Notes: generated by a model from the letters alone, not told the origin. Positions 39,103 through 49,253 are shown, numbered from the stretch's first letter. The stretch is 64,000 nt of DNA from Parcubacteria group bacterium (GCA_016186395.1 JACPLU010000003.1:11883-75882), one strand, 5' to 3'. Numbers and translations: made by a program.

Positions 39103-41287
39103 GAATCAATAGGCCCGTTTTTGTACCTACAAAAAGGCGTTCATTTTCTGTGGTCATACTTAATGGCGCACTGGTAAGATTGAAAAGGTAAAAAAATCTG
39201 AATATAATTGAATTTGTTGAGTCGAAGAATATCAATCCGTTTTCTCCTCTAACTATGGAACTTAGCTCACTAACTCGATGGCTAAATATGCCAACTCGGT
39301 TATCGACTATTGTATTTGTGCCGCAAGATCCGGAGATACCCTTAATCAGTGAGGGATTTCTCGGGTCACTAACATTAAATACTTCTAAACCGGTTTCATC
39401 CAGAGAAGTAAAACAGGTACTGCTGTAAAGAAGGTCTCTGTTTACGGAAAGGTTATTAATATAACCATTTCCAAAGAACGTTTTTATCGTTTTAATGCTT
39501 CTTGGGTTGGATATATCAGCTATTCCAATTCCTGTTTGGCCTGATACAAAGAAAAGCAGGTTTCCAGAAATATGCGGATGATCCACTCCATATGACCCCG
39601 GTCCATAATAGGTATAAACTCTTTTAAGGTTGTAGGGGTCTGAGATATCAATTACTTCAATAGATGCTGATACAGCCACGAAAATCAGATTATCTTTTCT
39701 GGCGAATGCTTTAGCTCCTCCCCAATAAGATGAACGGATACTTCCTGTCAATCTTGGATTATATGGATCCCTGACATCGTAGGCGCTAAACCCTTCTTCC
39801 GGTCCTATTGCATACAGATATCCATTATGAAATAACAGCCCGTTAATTCTACTGTAATCTTTGGCTCCAATTCTACTGATTATAAATGTTTGATTTGGGT
39901 CGGAAGTATCTAGGGTCAATATTCCATAGGCCTTATAGGGATAATTAGTATATCCGACAAAAGCATAGTTTCCATTAACGGCAATGGCAGATACGGATAA
40001 ACCCGTCCATTCCCCAAGAAACTTTGGAGTATTTGGTGAGGTCTCACCAATCAGATCTTTTTTGATAGAATCAAAAATGCTTAATCCGTTTTCACAAATT
40101 TTACTCATGTTTTCATGAAGATCTATGTGGTCACAGTTGGGGCAAGCTACTGTTTTTGAGACTAGGTGTCCGGCGAATGATGCGCTTGCGACAGGTACCA
40201 TGCCGTCATTTCGTTCATAGTGGTTTCTGTTTTTGTATAGGCCATAATTTAAAGCTATACTGCCACAAACTAACTTTTTGTGGTCGTCTTCGGCTTTTAA
40301 AATTTGTCCGATAAGAACCTTAGGTCCGGCCAGCGGGCTTAACGAATAGATTTTATCAACTATGGTTCTATATTCATCACTACGGGTATCTATAACTCCG
40401 TAATAAGCGGTTATTTTGGAATCATAAAGAGTGCCCGAATTTAATTCTTTAAGCCACAAGTTCATGTCAGGGTTATTTTCATCCATGACATGGTCAAAGT
40501 TGTCCCACAGAAGGTCTTTTCTATTTGGTTCGGTGTATTCGATTCTTTCCCAGTCATGAGTCCAGAAAAATAACGATCCTGCTTTAATTACACTAACCCA
40601 ATTATTAAATAAATTTTCTGCTGTCCAGTAACGTTGGTAATCAGAATCTCGTGTATCGGCATTTTTAGCTAAGTCGTTTCTCGAATCACGATTTGTACCC
40701 GGTGAACCATGGTGTGGTGTGCCAAGAGTAATAAGTTTTGTTCTTTCTCCACCGCGCTGATTTTTATAATTTCCATATAGATGAGAATGCTGTTGCATGT
40801 AAGATCGCGCAACAAGTCCTCCCATACTGTGAGCAATGATTACAAATTCGTTGTCGTTTATAAATCTTTTAGCTATTGCGTTGTCAAGTTTATTTCTTAA
40901 ACTTCGGGCGATTTCCCAAACATTTTGTTGATCGCTTAGATAAACAAAGCGATAAGGTTTATATTTTTCTTTGAGATCCTGATCGTTTTCAAAGTTATAA
41001 ATAAAATTATCCCATCCGGATAACTGTTCGCCTGCTTCTTGTTCATCCAGTAAGCCATCTTTATTAAACTCTTTAGTCGCATGGATACCATGAATTAAAA
41101 TAAGAGGGATTTTTTGATCATTTACAACTTCGTTTTTATTGTACGGATAGTTTACTAATTGGGTTATGCCGTCAGCCGGACTCGGATCAAAGCTGCTAAA
41201 ACTATCGGTAAAACCATGGGTTTGGAGTCCAGATCCAAGAAAAGATCCTATCAAAATAATTGATAGAACAAATTTAGGTATTCCCAT
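39092..41287 (-). CDS. Secreted alpha/beta hydrolase (lipase/PGAP1-like) fused to LVIVD repeats
   Basis: Signal peptide; LILIHG, IAHSMGGLVAR, LITLGTPHHGS, NDGMVP; repeats YDVRDPYNP, IDISDPYN, ADISNP, FNVSDPRNP. Confidence 0.85.
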   Translation of the reverse strand: MGIPKFVLSIILIGSFLGSGLQTHGFTDSFSSFDPSPADGITQLVNYPYNKNEVVNDQKIPLILIHGIHATKEFNKDGLLDEQEAGEQLSGWDNFIYNFENDQDLKEKYKPYRFVYLSDQQNVWEIARSLRNKLDNAIAKRFINDNEFVIIAHSMGGLVARSYMQQHSHLYGNYKNQRGGERTKLITLGTPHHGSPGTNRDSRNDLAKNADTRDSDYQRYWTAENLFNNWVSVIKAGSLFFWTHDWERIEYTEPNRKDLLWDNFDHVMDENNPDMNLWLKELNSGTLYDSKITAYYGVIDTRSDEYRTIVDKIYSLSPLAGPKVLIGQILKAEDDHKKLVCGSIALNYGLYKNRNHYERNDGMVPVASASFAGHLVSKTVACPNCDHIDLHENMSKICENGLSIFDSIKKDLIGETSPNTPKFLGEWTGLSVSAIAVNGNYAFVGYTNYPYKAYGILTLDTSDPNQTFIISRIGAKDYSRINGLLFHNGYLYAIGPEEGFSAYDVRDPYNPRLTGSIRSSYWGGAKAFARKDNLIFVAVSASIEVIDISDPYNLKRVYTYYGPGSYGVDHPHISGNLLFFVSGQTGIGIADISNPRSIKTIKTFFGNGYINNLSVNRDLLYSSTCFTSLDETGLEVFNVSDPRNPSLIKGISGSCGTNTIVDNRVGIFSHRVSELSSIVRGENGLIFFDSTNSIIFRFFYLFNLTSAPLSMTTENERLFVGTKTGLLILSY

Positions 41288-41367
41288 CTTAAGCTCCTAT
41301 TTTAAAGATCAAAAAACTACCCTATGGTAGCAAAAAGCAATTAATTATACAAGTTTTTGTGGATTTA

Positions 41368-41519
41368 GTGTATAAATACTCTTTCTCTTTCTTCGCAAAC
41401 CCCAGCGTGGTTTGCTCAGGGGTTGAGCCCTTCGCTCTTACCCCCATCTGATTTAATATCAGGTGGGGATAAACCATGCCCGCTATGGGCTCAAAACCCG
41501 TTCAAGAGTATTTATACAT
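41368..41519. ncRNA. Multi-stem structured motif, copy 1 (strand unknown)
   Basis: Shares GCTCAGGGGTTGAGCCCTT and AAACCATGCCC.CTA.GGGCTCAAAACCCGTTCAAGAGTAT with 54557-54742, with covarying stems. Confidence 0.6.
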
Positions 41520-41536
41520 GACACTAGAACAAGGAT

Positions 41537-41794
41537 TTATTTCTTATTAATCAGTTTCATCAACCGCGATTTTTTTCTTGCGGCAGCTTTTTTGTGTAGA
41601 TATGTTTTAGAGCTTTTGTCTATTGCTTTATAGGCTTTGGGAACTAAAGCTTTAGCTTCTTCTTTTTTGCCCGCTAAAACTAGTTTTTTGATTTCTTTTA
41701 CAACGTCTTTAACCGCCTCTTTTCTTTTGAGGTTTATTCTATTTTTTCTTTTTGATTGTCTAAGCGCTTTTATAGCTGATCGAGTGTTTGGCAT
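41537..41794 (-). CDS. rpsT: 30S ribosomal protein S20
   Basis: MPNTRSAIKALRQS, AYKAIDK, HKKAAARKKSRL. Confidence 0.95.
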   Translation of the reverse strand: MPNTRSAIKALRQSKRKNRINLKRKEAVKDVVKEIKKLVLAGKKEEAKALVPKAYKAIDKSSKTYLHKKAAARKKSRLMKLINKK

Positions 41795-41896
41795 TTGAAA
41801 ATTATTCTAGCATACTAACTTATGTTTGGCAAAATTGTAAAATTTAATCGTTGTATCAATATAGATATTAAGAACTTAGTTGTAAGGAGACTAACT

Positions 41897-42265
41897 ATGC
41901 CAAAAGTACCCGCGGCACTTTTAAAAGAAGCAAAAGAGTATTTTGATCAATTAGAGCAATGCGCGCGTCAGCTATTTCCAGTAAATGAAAATTATGATCA
42001 TCAGGTAGTGTTAAAGATGAACGATAATGGTTCAGTTGAGAACGTTAAAACCGTAATTATTCTTGGAGGAATAGCAAAAAAGACAACTGGAGATGTGGTA
42101 TTTGAACCAGGAATCTATATATTTTTTGATCAAGCCGGGAAGATGAAATGCCGTAGGTTAGACCACTCTATATTTGAATATGAGCCTTGGAAAGACAACC
42201 CAAAGCTTTTGCAAGAATTTATAGAAAAGGCTAAAGACGTTTTAAGCTCGCAAAAGAAATCATGA
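41897..42265 (+). CDS. Hypothetical protein
   Basis: AAGGAG SD before MPKVPAALL; 122 aa. Confidence 0.65.
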   Translation: MPKVPAALLKEAKEYFDQLEQCARQLFPVNENYDHQVVLKMNDNGSVENVKTVIILGGIAKKTTGDVVFEPGIYIFFDQAGKMKCRRLDHSIFEYEPWKDNPKLLQEFIEKAKDVLSSQKKS

Positions 42266-42281
42266 ACCCCGTTAGGGGTTT

Positions 42282-44288
42282 TTAACTGGCAAAGTTTTCT
42301 TTTTTCAATCTTTGGATCTGCTCACGGATAATCAATGCTGTTTCAAAATCAAGTTGTTTTATTGATTTTTCCATTGCCCGTTTTAGTCGATCAATCATTT
42401 GTTCAAAATTTCCATTTTCTGATTCCGTTAATATGACTCGGTAGTCTTCTGACAACTGTTTGACCTTTCTTTTGATCGGTAAGTCAAAATCAACGATTGC
42501 TTTTTTAATTGTTTGTGGCGTTATGCCGTGTTTTTTGTTGAAGATTTCTTGAATTTTTCTTCTTCTGTTTGTCTCGTCAATCGCGGCTTGCATAGATTTG
42601 GTTATTTTATCTGCATACATTAAAACATGACCTTTATCGTGTCTGGCTGCTCGTCCCATTGTTTGGATTAAAGTAGTTGCATTTCTTAAGAATCCTTCTT
42701 TATCAGCATCTAAAATTGCAACTAGCGAGACTTCCGGTAAGTCAAGCCCTTCTCTTAAAAGATTAACCCCGACTATTACGTCGTATGTTCCAAGTCTTAA
42801 GTCTCTTATAATTTCAAGGCGGTCAAGGGTTTTAATTTCTGAATGAATGTAGTTGACTTTAATTTCGGCATCTGCAAGGTACTCGGTTAAATCTTCGGCC
42901 ATTCGTTTGGTGAGTGTAGTTATTAGAACCCTATGATTCTGGCTAATCCTCTTTTTGATTTCTTGAATTAAGTGTACAACTTGATTTTTGCTTTCCACTA
43001 TTTCTATTTTTGGATCTAAAAGTCCGGTTGGCCTTACCAACTGTTCCACCAGTCCTTTTTTAGTGGATTTTTTGAGTTCGTATTTTGCCGGAGTGGCTGA
43101 AACATACATTGTTTGTTGTATTCTTTTTTCAAATTCCTCAAATACTAACGGTCGGTTATCTAATGCGGAAGGTAACCGAAAGCCGTATTCTACAAGTGTT
43201 TCTTTTCTTCGTCTGTCGCCTCGATACATACCTCTTAATTGCGGAACTGTGATGTGGGACTCATCAATAATAGTTAAAAATTCTTTTTTAGTTTTAAAAA
43301 AGTCTAGTAATGAAAATGGTGGATCGCCGGCATTTCTAAAATCTAAATGACGGGAATAATTTTCAATTCCATGGCAGTAGCCGGTTTGTTTAATCATTTG
43401 AATGTCACGTAATGTCCGTTCAGTTAATCGGCCAGCCTCAATTCCTTTGCCCTGCCGTTTTAACTTTTCAGTATGCTGCTGCATCTCTGTTTGTATGTTT
43501 TGTAATGCAATATCAACTTTATTTTCCGGCGTTATCCAATATTTTGCAGGGAAGACTTTTACTTGAAGTAAACTTTGAAAACTCGGTCGTTTATATTCAA
43601 GTTCATCCTGGTTTATATTTTCAGCTACACCGATTCTTACAATTTTTCCTTTTACAATCTTAAATTTATAAATAACATTTCCTGTGGCAGAGAAAATTTC
43701 AACTTCGTCTTTTGTGTTTCTAAATGTTCCGCGCTTTAATTCGTAATCCCTAATGTACTGAAGTTTTTGAACATTCTTGATAAAATCAACAAGTGAAATT
43801 CTTTGTCCTTCAAAAGCTTCCATACACATTTTTTCATAATCTTCCGGAGAACCAAGGTTATAAATGCAGGAAACTGATGCAATAATAATTACATCGTCTC
43901 TGCTTAAAATGGCTTGAGTGGCGGCGTGTCTTAAGCGATCAATTTCTTCGTTAATGCGAGAATCTTTTTCAATATAAGTATCAGAGTGGGGGAGGTAGGC
44001 TTCTGGTTGATAGTAATCATAATAACTGACAAAATAATGTACTGAATTTTCTGGGAAATATTGTTTAAATTCTTGATAAAGCTGAGCGGCTAAAGTTTTA
44101 TTGTGAGAAATCACTAGGGTAGGCTTTTTAAGATTTGATATTACATGAGCCATGGTAAATGTTTTACCACTACCGGTTACTCCTAATAGGGTTTGATTTT
44201 TTTTGCCATTACTAAAACCTGCTGTAAGTTTACCTATAGCTTGTGGTTGGTCGCCGGTAGGAAGATAGGGTTCGTGTAATTGGAACAT
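42282..44288 (-). CDS. uvrB: Excinuclease ABC subunit B
   Basis: PTGDQP, LGVTGSGKT, YYDYYQPEAY, DESH, NLLREGLDLPEV, GRAAR. Confidence 0.98.
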   Translation of the reverse strand: MFQLHEPYLPTGDQPQAIGKLTAGFSNGKKNQTLLGVTGSGKTFTMAHVISNLKKPTLVISHNKTLAAQLYQEFKQYFPENSVHYFVSYYDYYQPEAYLPHSDTYIEKDSRINEEIDRLRHAATQAILSRDDVIIIASVSCIYNLGSPEDYEKMCMEAFEGQRISLVDFIKNVQKLQYIRDYELKRGTFRNTKDEVEIFSATGNVIYKFKIVKGKIVRIGVAENINQDELEYKRPSFQSLLQVKVFPAKYWITPENKVDIALQNIQTEMQQHTEKLKRQGKGIEAGRLTERTLRDIQMIKQTGYCHGIENYSRHLDFRNAGDPPFSLLDFFKTKKEFLTIIDESHITVPQLRGMYRGDRRRKETLVEYGFRLPSALDNRPLVFEEFEKRIQQTMYVSATPAKYELKKSTKKGLVEQLVRPTGLLDPKIEIVESKNQVVHLIQEIKKRISQNHRVLITTLTKRMAEDLTEYLADAEIKVNYIHSEIKTLDRLEIIRDLRLGTYDVIVGVNLLREGLDLPEVSLVAILDADKEGFLRNATTLIQTMGRAARHDKGHVLMYADKITKSMQAAIDETNRRRKIQEIFNKKHGITPQTIKKAIVDFDLPIKRKVKQLSEDYRVILTESENGNFEQMIDRLKRAMEKSIKQLDFETALIIREQIQRLKKENFAS

Positions 44289-44365
44289 AAACTATGAAAC
44301 TTGAAACATGAAACTTGAAACATTTTGCGCTTCACGTTTTAGGTTTCGCATGTTAGTCTTAAATC

Positions 44366-44953
44366 ATGATTGCTTATCTAAAAGGAAAAATTTTAGCAAC
44401 TTATGATAAATACGTAATTTTAGATGTAAACGGTGTGGGTTATCGCGTCACTTTATCTGATAAAATGATAAACAGTATACCAGGAATTGGTTCAGATTGC
44501 AAATTTTATATCCATACGGATTTTAATATGCATGAGGGGAGATTTGAGCTTTATGGGTTTTACACTCAAGATGAGTTATCGTTTTTTGAATTATTGCTTT
44601 CTGTTTCTGGAATCGGGCCCAAAAACGCACAGGCTATTATTAGTTCGGGCGAGATTGATAAAATAAAAACGGCCATTGCCCAAAATAATGAGAAATACCT
44701 TTGTCAGTTTGGCGGAATAGGTCCAAAAACTGCGAAACGAATGGTGCTTGAGTTAAAAGATAAAATTGAGAAAACCCTTACCAGAACCCAAAAAGGTACT
44801 GATCTTTCAAGTGAAATGGACGCAGTGGAGGCTCTTATTTCTTTGGGTTATAGTCGAAATGAAGCACAACAGGCTTTAAAGGACATTGGAATTAAAACCA
44901 GAACTCTTGAAGAAAAGGTGAAAGAGGCGTTGAAGAGTTTAGGGAAAAAGTAA
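44366..44953 (+). CDS. ruvA: Holliday junction branch migration protein RuvA
   Basis: MIAYLKG, GVGY, LYGF, VSGIGPK, GIGPKTA.R, ALISLGY. Confidence 0.96.
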   Translation: MIAYLKGKILATYDKYVILDVNGVGYRVTLSDKMINSIPGIGSDCKFYIHTDFNMHEGRFELYGFYTQDELSFFELLLSVSGIGPKNAQAIISSGEIDKIKTAIAQNNEKYLCQFGGIGPKTAKRMVLELKDKIEKTLTRTQKGTDLSSEMDAVEALISLGYSRNEAQQALKDIGIKTRTLEEKVKEALKSLGKK

Positions 44954-44957
44954 TCGG

Positions 44958-45180
44958 TTTTTAAAAGTTTCTTCACACTATTCATCCCGAACAAATACTA
45001 CTCTTTGATAATAAGATTTTATGATAAAGATTTAGTAACGGTTTGCCTCTATAAATACTTCGCATTACATGCTTTTATTATAACGAGTTTTCCAACTAAA
45101 TCTTTATTTCTCATAAAATCTTATTACCAACTCATGTATTTGTAGTCAGGATTCATAAATTCAGAAAATTTTAAAAACTT
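44958..45180. repeat. Long imperfect hairpin (rod) element, copy C
   Basis: Shares blocks with 15243-15482: AACAAATA, TTTAGTA.C.GTTTGCC, GTTTTCC.ACTAAA, TTCTCATAAAAT, CTCAT.TATTTGTA, TTCATAAA. Confidence 0.8.
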
Positions 45181-45280
45181 TCTTATCAACAAAAACGCAT
45201 TAAAAAGTTAGAAAATATTTGTCATAAGTCCCAAGGGGGCTCTTTTGTTTTTTAAAGGAATATACTAGGTTAAAGATACA

Positions 45281-45706
45281 ATGAGAGTAGTTGGAATAAT
45301 TATAAAAGACAGTAAGGTTTTATTAATGCATCGGAAAAGACATGGTGACGATTTTTATGTTTTTCCCGGTGGCCGTCTAGAGGACGATGAAACCGTTGAA
45401 CAGGCTTTAGTAAGAGAAATGAAAGAAGAGGTGAGCTTGGATATAATAAATTTTAAAAAACTATTCCAACTAAAAAATCAGTTAAAAGATGAATACGGAG
45501 GTTATTATCCCGGGTATTCTGAAGAAGAGTATTTTTTAATCGAAAGTTTTTTGGGTGATCCAGTATTAGGCGGTCCAGAAAAAGAAAAGATGAATGATCA
45601 AAATCAATATTATTTGGAGTGGACTGATTTATCAAAAATTAATCAAATCGAAAGTTTATATCCTAAAGAAGCGATTAACAAATTGTTGGAATATTTACAA
45701 CGGTAA
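45281..45706 (+). CDS. NUDIX hydrolase
   Basis: PGGRLEDDETVEQALVREMKEEV Nudix box. Confidence 0.93.
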   Translation: MRVVGIIIKDSKVLLMHRKRHGDDFYVFPGGRLEDDETVEQALVREMKEEVSLDIINFKKLFQLKNQLKDEYGGYYPGYSEEEYFLIESFLGDPVLGGPEKEKMNDQNQYYLEWTDLSKINQIESLYPKEAINKLLEYLQR

Positions 45707-45742
45707 ACAAAAACCGCCTATGATATTTTAGGCGGTTATAAG

Positions 45743-45964
45743 TTATATAAGTTTTGTTTTCTTTGCGATTAGCCAACAAAGAAAGATCATTGGTGCCGAG
45801 ACCGCTAAAAATAAGGAAATAACTATTGCTGGAAGTTCCTCGGGTTGTAATTTAATCGAGTTGAAATATTGGTCAATAATTGGTCCAATCCAATGAATTA
45901 AGAAAAGATAGTGCAGAATACAAATAATTGTAATTCCTAAGTAACCAAGTAATTGTAGTTTCAT
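45743..45964 (-). CDS. Small 2-TM hypothetical protein
   Basis: 73-aa ORF with AGGAG SD; shares a hairpin terminator (~45709-45737) with the NUDIX gene. Confidence 0.6.
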   Translation of the reverse strand: MKLQLLGYLGITIICILHYLFLIHWIGPIIDQYFNSIKLQPEELPAIVISLFLAVSAPMIFLCWLIAKKTKLI

Positions 45965-46012
45965 TAAATTTCTCCTATCAAATCAAAGAACTTTTGGGGT
46001 TATACTAACAAA

Positions 46013-46927
46013 ATGAAATCATTTTTGCAATCACAAGATTGGGTGGAGTTTCAAAAACAAGTTGGACGGAAAGTCTGGCAGTTTAATGATGAAAAAATTC
46101 AAGCAAATATAATTCGGCATAATTTATCTTTTGGTAAGAATTATCTTTATGTTCCTCATGGACCGGAAATTTTATTTGATCAAATAACCGGAGGTATTAA
46201 AAATGAGGTTCGGACGTTTGTACAATATTTAAAACAGCTCGCCAAAGAAAATAAGTCTATTTTTATTAAAGTCGAACCATTAACTGATACAGTAGCTGAA
46301 GTTTTATGTCAGGAAGGTCTTAAAAAGTCAAAAAAAACTATCCAGCCACAAAAAACAGTTGTTATTGATTTAACTAAAACCGAAGACGAACTTTTTAAAG
46401 CTTTAAGCCATGGAGCTCAATATAGTTTATCTGTTGCCCAAAAAAGTAACTTAGAAATTATTCAATTTGAACCAGAAGATTTCAATAAGATTTGGAAATT
46501 ATTTAAAGATACCGAAAAGAGAGACAAGTTCTTTTTACATGAAAAGTCTTACTATGAGAAACTTCTTAATTTTAAAAGTGAAGAATTTTCTACTAAACTT
46601 TTTGTTGTTAAGCGTGAAAACAAAAATATCGCTGCAGCGATATTCGGATATTATAAAGATACAGTTTATTATTTTCATGCCGCGGCTGACATCAAGTATC
46701 GTGAATTTCAGGGACCGCGGACGCTTTTGTGGCATATAATAAAAAATGCCAAACAAGATGGCTACAAATATTTTGATTTATGGGGAATTGATGCTTATCG
46801 TATGCCTGGGGTCACAAAATTTAAATTAAGTTTTGGCGGCCGTGTGGTTGAGTATCCGGGCAGTTTTGATTTGCCAATATCGCGTTTTTGGTATTTAATG
46901 TATAGAATTGCACAAAAGATTCTTTAA
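46013..46927 (+). CDS. FemAB/FemX-family peptidoglycan bridge peptidyltransferase
   Basis: SFLQS..W..F, YLYVPHGP, FIKVEP, T..IDL, FDLWGI, GVTKFK.SFGG. Confidence 0.9.
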   Translation: MKSFLQSQDWVEFQKQVGRKVWQFNDEKIQANIIRHNLSFGKNYLYVPHGPEILFDQITGGIKNEVRTFVQYLKQLAKENKSIFIKVEPLTDTVAEVLCQEGLKKSKKTIQPQKTVVIDLTKTEDELFKALSHGAQYSLSVAQKSNLEIIQFEPEDFNKIWKLFKDTEKRDKFFLHEKSYYEKLLNFKSEEFSTKLFVVKRENKNIAAAIFGYYKDTVYYFHAAADIKYREFQGPRTLLWHIIKNAKQDGYKYFDLWGIDAYRMPGVTKFKLSFGGRVVEYPGSFDLPISRFWYLMYRIAQKIL

Positions 46928-46936
46928 CAAAAGGAG

Positions 46937-47500
46937 GTGGTAGCTTTGGGAAAGATATTTTTAGTTAGGCACGGTCAGTGTACGGATAATGCCGCGGGTA
47001 TTTTAAATGGGCTTAGAGATTCGGAGCTTACCAGGCGGGGCAAGAAGCAGGCTTATTTGGTAGCCCAAAATCTAAAAGATAAAAATATTCGGTTTATTTT
47101 CAGCTCGTGGTTGAAAAGGCATACACAAACAGCTGGAATTATTGGCAAGGTGCTTGGCATAGATCGAATTGATATTTCTAATCTTTTAGTTGAAAGAGAC
47201 ATGGGAATACTTACCGGTCAGCTCTATAAAGTGATTCCTGTATTAGCAACAGAATTAGTATATTGGGACAGAATTAACTATTTTATTAAAGCACCAGACG
47301 CTGAAGAGTTCCCAGATGTTTTAGAAAGAGCAAGAAAAGTTCTTAGGGAAATTAAGATCCAATTTAGCTCGTTTAATTTAGTAATTGTCACTTCTGGAGA
47401 TATGATGAAAATGCTTAGAGCAGAACATTTTGGTTGGGACTGGGAAAGAGGACTAAAAACTCCATTTATTGATAATTGTGGTGTTATTGAGTTGTCGTAG
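46937..47500 (+). CDS. Histidine phosphatase family protein
   Basis: FLVRHGQ, LT..G..QA, SS.L.R..QTA, L.ER.MG. Confidence 0.88.
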   Translation: MVALGKIFLVRHGQCTDNAAGILNGLRDSELTRRGKKQAYLVAQNLKDKNIRFIFSSWLKRHTQTAGIIGKVLGIDRIDISNLLVERDMGILTGQLYKVIPVLATELVYWDRINYFIKAPDAEEFPDVLERARKVLREIKIQFSSFNLVIVTSGDMMKMLRAEHFGWDWERGLKTPFIDNCGVIELS

Positions 47501-47502
47501 GA

Positions 47503-47880
47503 ATGAAGTTTCTTACTTCAACTTTTCCTTTTATCTTTCTGGCGGTCATGTACTTATTTGGGTTTTTTTCAATTCTGGGTGTCGTTTTTAATAAGTATCC
47601 TTTGCGGAATAGGCCTAAAGAAAAAGTCGAGTTGGTACTAACCAGAGAAGAAAAAGGGTTCATACTAAAATATTTTTCGATTTCTTTTATCGCCTTTCTA
47701 ATTTATACTTCCATTGGTTGGATCAAGGACTATGATAGTAACAAAATGCAAGATTGGTTGAGATTTTTGGTTGTTCTTTCTATGGTTGTAGGAGCGGGTT
47801 GTTTTTTGAAGGTTATATTCTATCTTAGGACAATAATTTATCTATTTCTACGAAATAGATACCCACCGGACGAATTTTAA
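47503..47880 (+). CDS. 3-TM hypothetical protein
   Basis: 125-aa ORF in operon context. Confidence 0.65.
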   Translation: MKFLTSTFPFIFLAVMYLFGFFSILGVVFNKYPLRNRPKEKVELVLTREEKGFILKYFSISFIAFLIYTSIGWIKDYDSNKMQDWLRFLVVLSMVVGAGCFLKVIFYLRTIIYLFLRNRYPPDEF

Positions 47881-47941
47881 CTTTTAACATGCCAGATTAT
47901 TATCTGGTTTTTCTTTTTAATTTTTGTGTTAAAATCAACTC

Positions 47942-49243
47942 ATGTTTAAAGAGATTAGAATAGTTGAGAATATGTTAAGGTTTATTAGAGGTTTAATTCC
48001 GCGACGGGTATTTAGGTTTTTTCAACCTTGGTATCACGGCACTCTTTCTTTACTAGGATCATACTTTTATGGCCAGCCATCAAAAAAAATAAAGGTTATT
48101 GGGGTTACTGGCACTAAAGGAAAATCAACCACTGTTTTTTTAATATCTAAACTTTTAGGTGAAGCTGGTAAATCCGTAGCAGCCATCGGTTCCTTGGGTT
48201 ATAGAATTAAAGATAGGCAATGGCCTAATGAATTAAAAATGACTATGCCAGGGAGATGGAAACTACAAAAGTTTTTATATGAGGCGGTAAAAGAAAAGTG
48301 TGAATATGTGGTACTTGAAGTTACTTCTGAAGGATTGGCTCAAAATAGACATTGGGGCGTTAAATTTGACTGTGCGGTATTTACGAATTTATCCAAGGAA
48401 CATCTTGAAAGCCATGGCTCATTTAGCAAATATTATCAAGCTAAACAAAGATTATTTGAAAAAACGAAAAATATACACGTTCTAAATGCAGACGATTCAC
48501 ATATTGAGCTTTTCTCAAAATTTGAATCCAGTAAAAAGATCTTTTATGGCATAAATCATGGGGATATGAAAGCTGTAGATACCAATGTTTTATCAGATAG
48601 AGTTGAATTTGAAATATATGGTACGAAGTTCAATATCAATTTGGGGGGTGAATTTAATATTTATAATTGTTTAGCCGCTCTATCCTGTGTAGCAATGTAT
48701 GGGATGGATTTACCACAGAGTAAAGCAATTCTCGAAAAAGTAACAAACATTTCAGGCCGCATGGAATTTGTGCACAAAAATCCAGACGTGATTGTTGATT
48801 ATGCCCATACTCCGGATTCGTTGGAGAAAGTTTATAAAACCTTTCGGGAGGATACAAGATTCAAGATTCAAGGTTCAAGACTAATTTGTGTACTCGGTGC
48901 GGCTGGCGGGGGACGCGATAAATGGAAAAGGCCGGAATTCGGGAAAATTGCTGAAAAATATTGTGACGAAATTATCCTTACTAACGAAGACCCTTTTGAT
49001 GAAGATCCTTATCAGATTTTATCTGAAATAAAATCCGGAATTTTAACTCCCAGAATTCAAAGTTCAAATTTTTACGAAATCCTTGACCGTAAAGAGGCAA
49101 TTAAACAGGCCTTGACCTTAGCTGGAGAAAATGATACTGTTATTATTACAGGTAAAGGATCAGAGACTTCTATTGCTGTTTCAAATGGCAAGAAAGTCCC
49201 CTGGTCTGACAAGAAGATTATTTTAGAACTTTTAAAAAAATAG
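47942..49243 (+). CDS. murE: UDP-MurNAc-tripeptide synthetase (MurE-type ligase)
   Basis: GVTGTKGKSTT, LEVTS, FTNL..EH, GRME, VDYAHTPDSL, GGRD..KR, TGKG. Confidence 0.93.
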   Translation: MFKEIRIVENMLRFIRGLIPRRVFRFFQPWYHGTLSLLGSYFYGQPSKKIKVIGVTGTKGKSTTVFLISKLLGEAGKSVAAIGSLGYRIKDRQWPNELKMTMPGRWKLQKFLYEAVKEKCEYVVLEVTSEGLAQNRHWGVKFDCAVFTNLSKEHLESHGSFSKYYQAKQRLFEKTKNIHVLNADDSHIELFSKFESSKKIFYGINHGDMKAVDTNVLSDRVEFEIYGTKFNINLGGEFNIYNCLAALSCVAMYGMDLPQSKAILEKVTNISGRMEFVHKNPDVIVDYAHTPDSLEKVYKTFREDTRFKIQGSRLICVLGAAGGGRDKWKRPEFGKIAEKYCDEIILTNEDPFDEDPYQILSEIKSGILTPRIQSSNFYEILDRKEAIKQALTLAGENDTVIITGKGSETSIAVSNGKKVPWSDKKIILELLKK

Positions 49244-49253
49244 GGAGGTAAAA

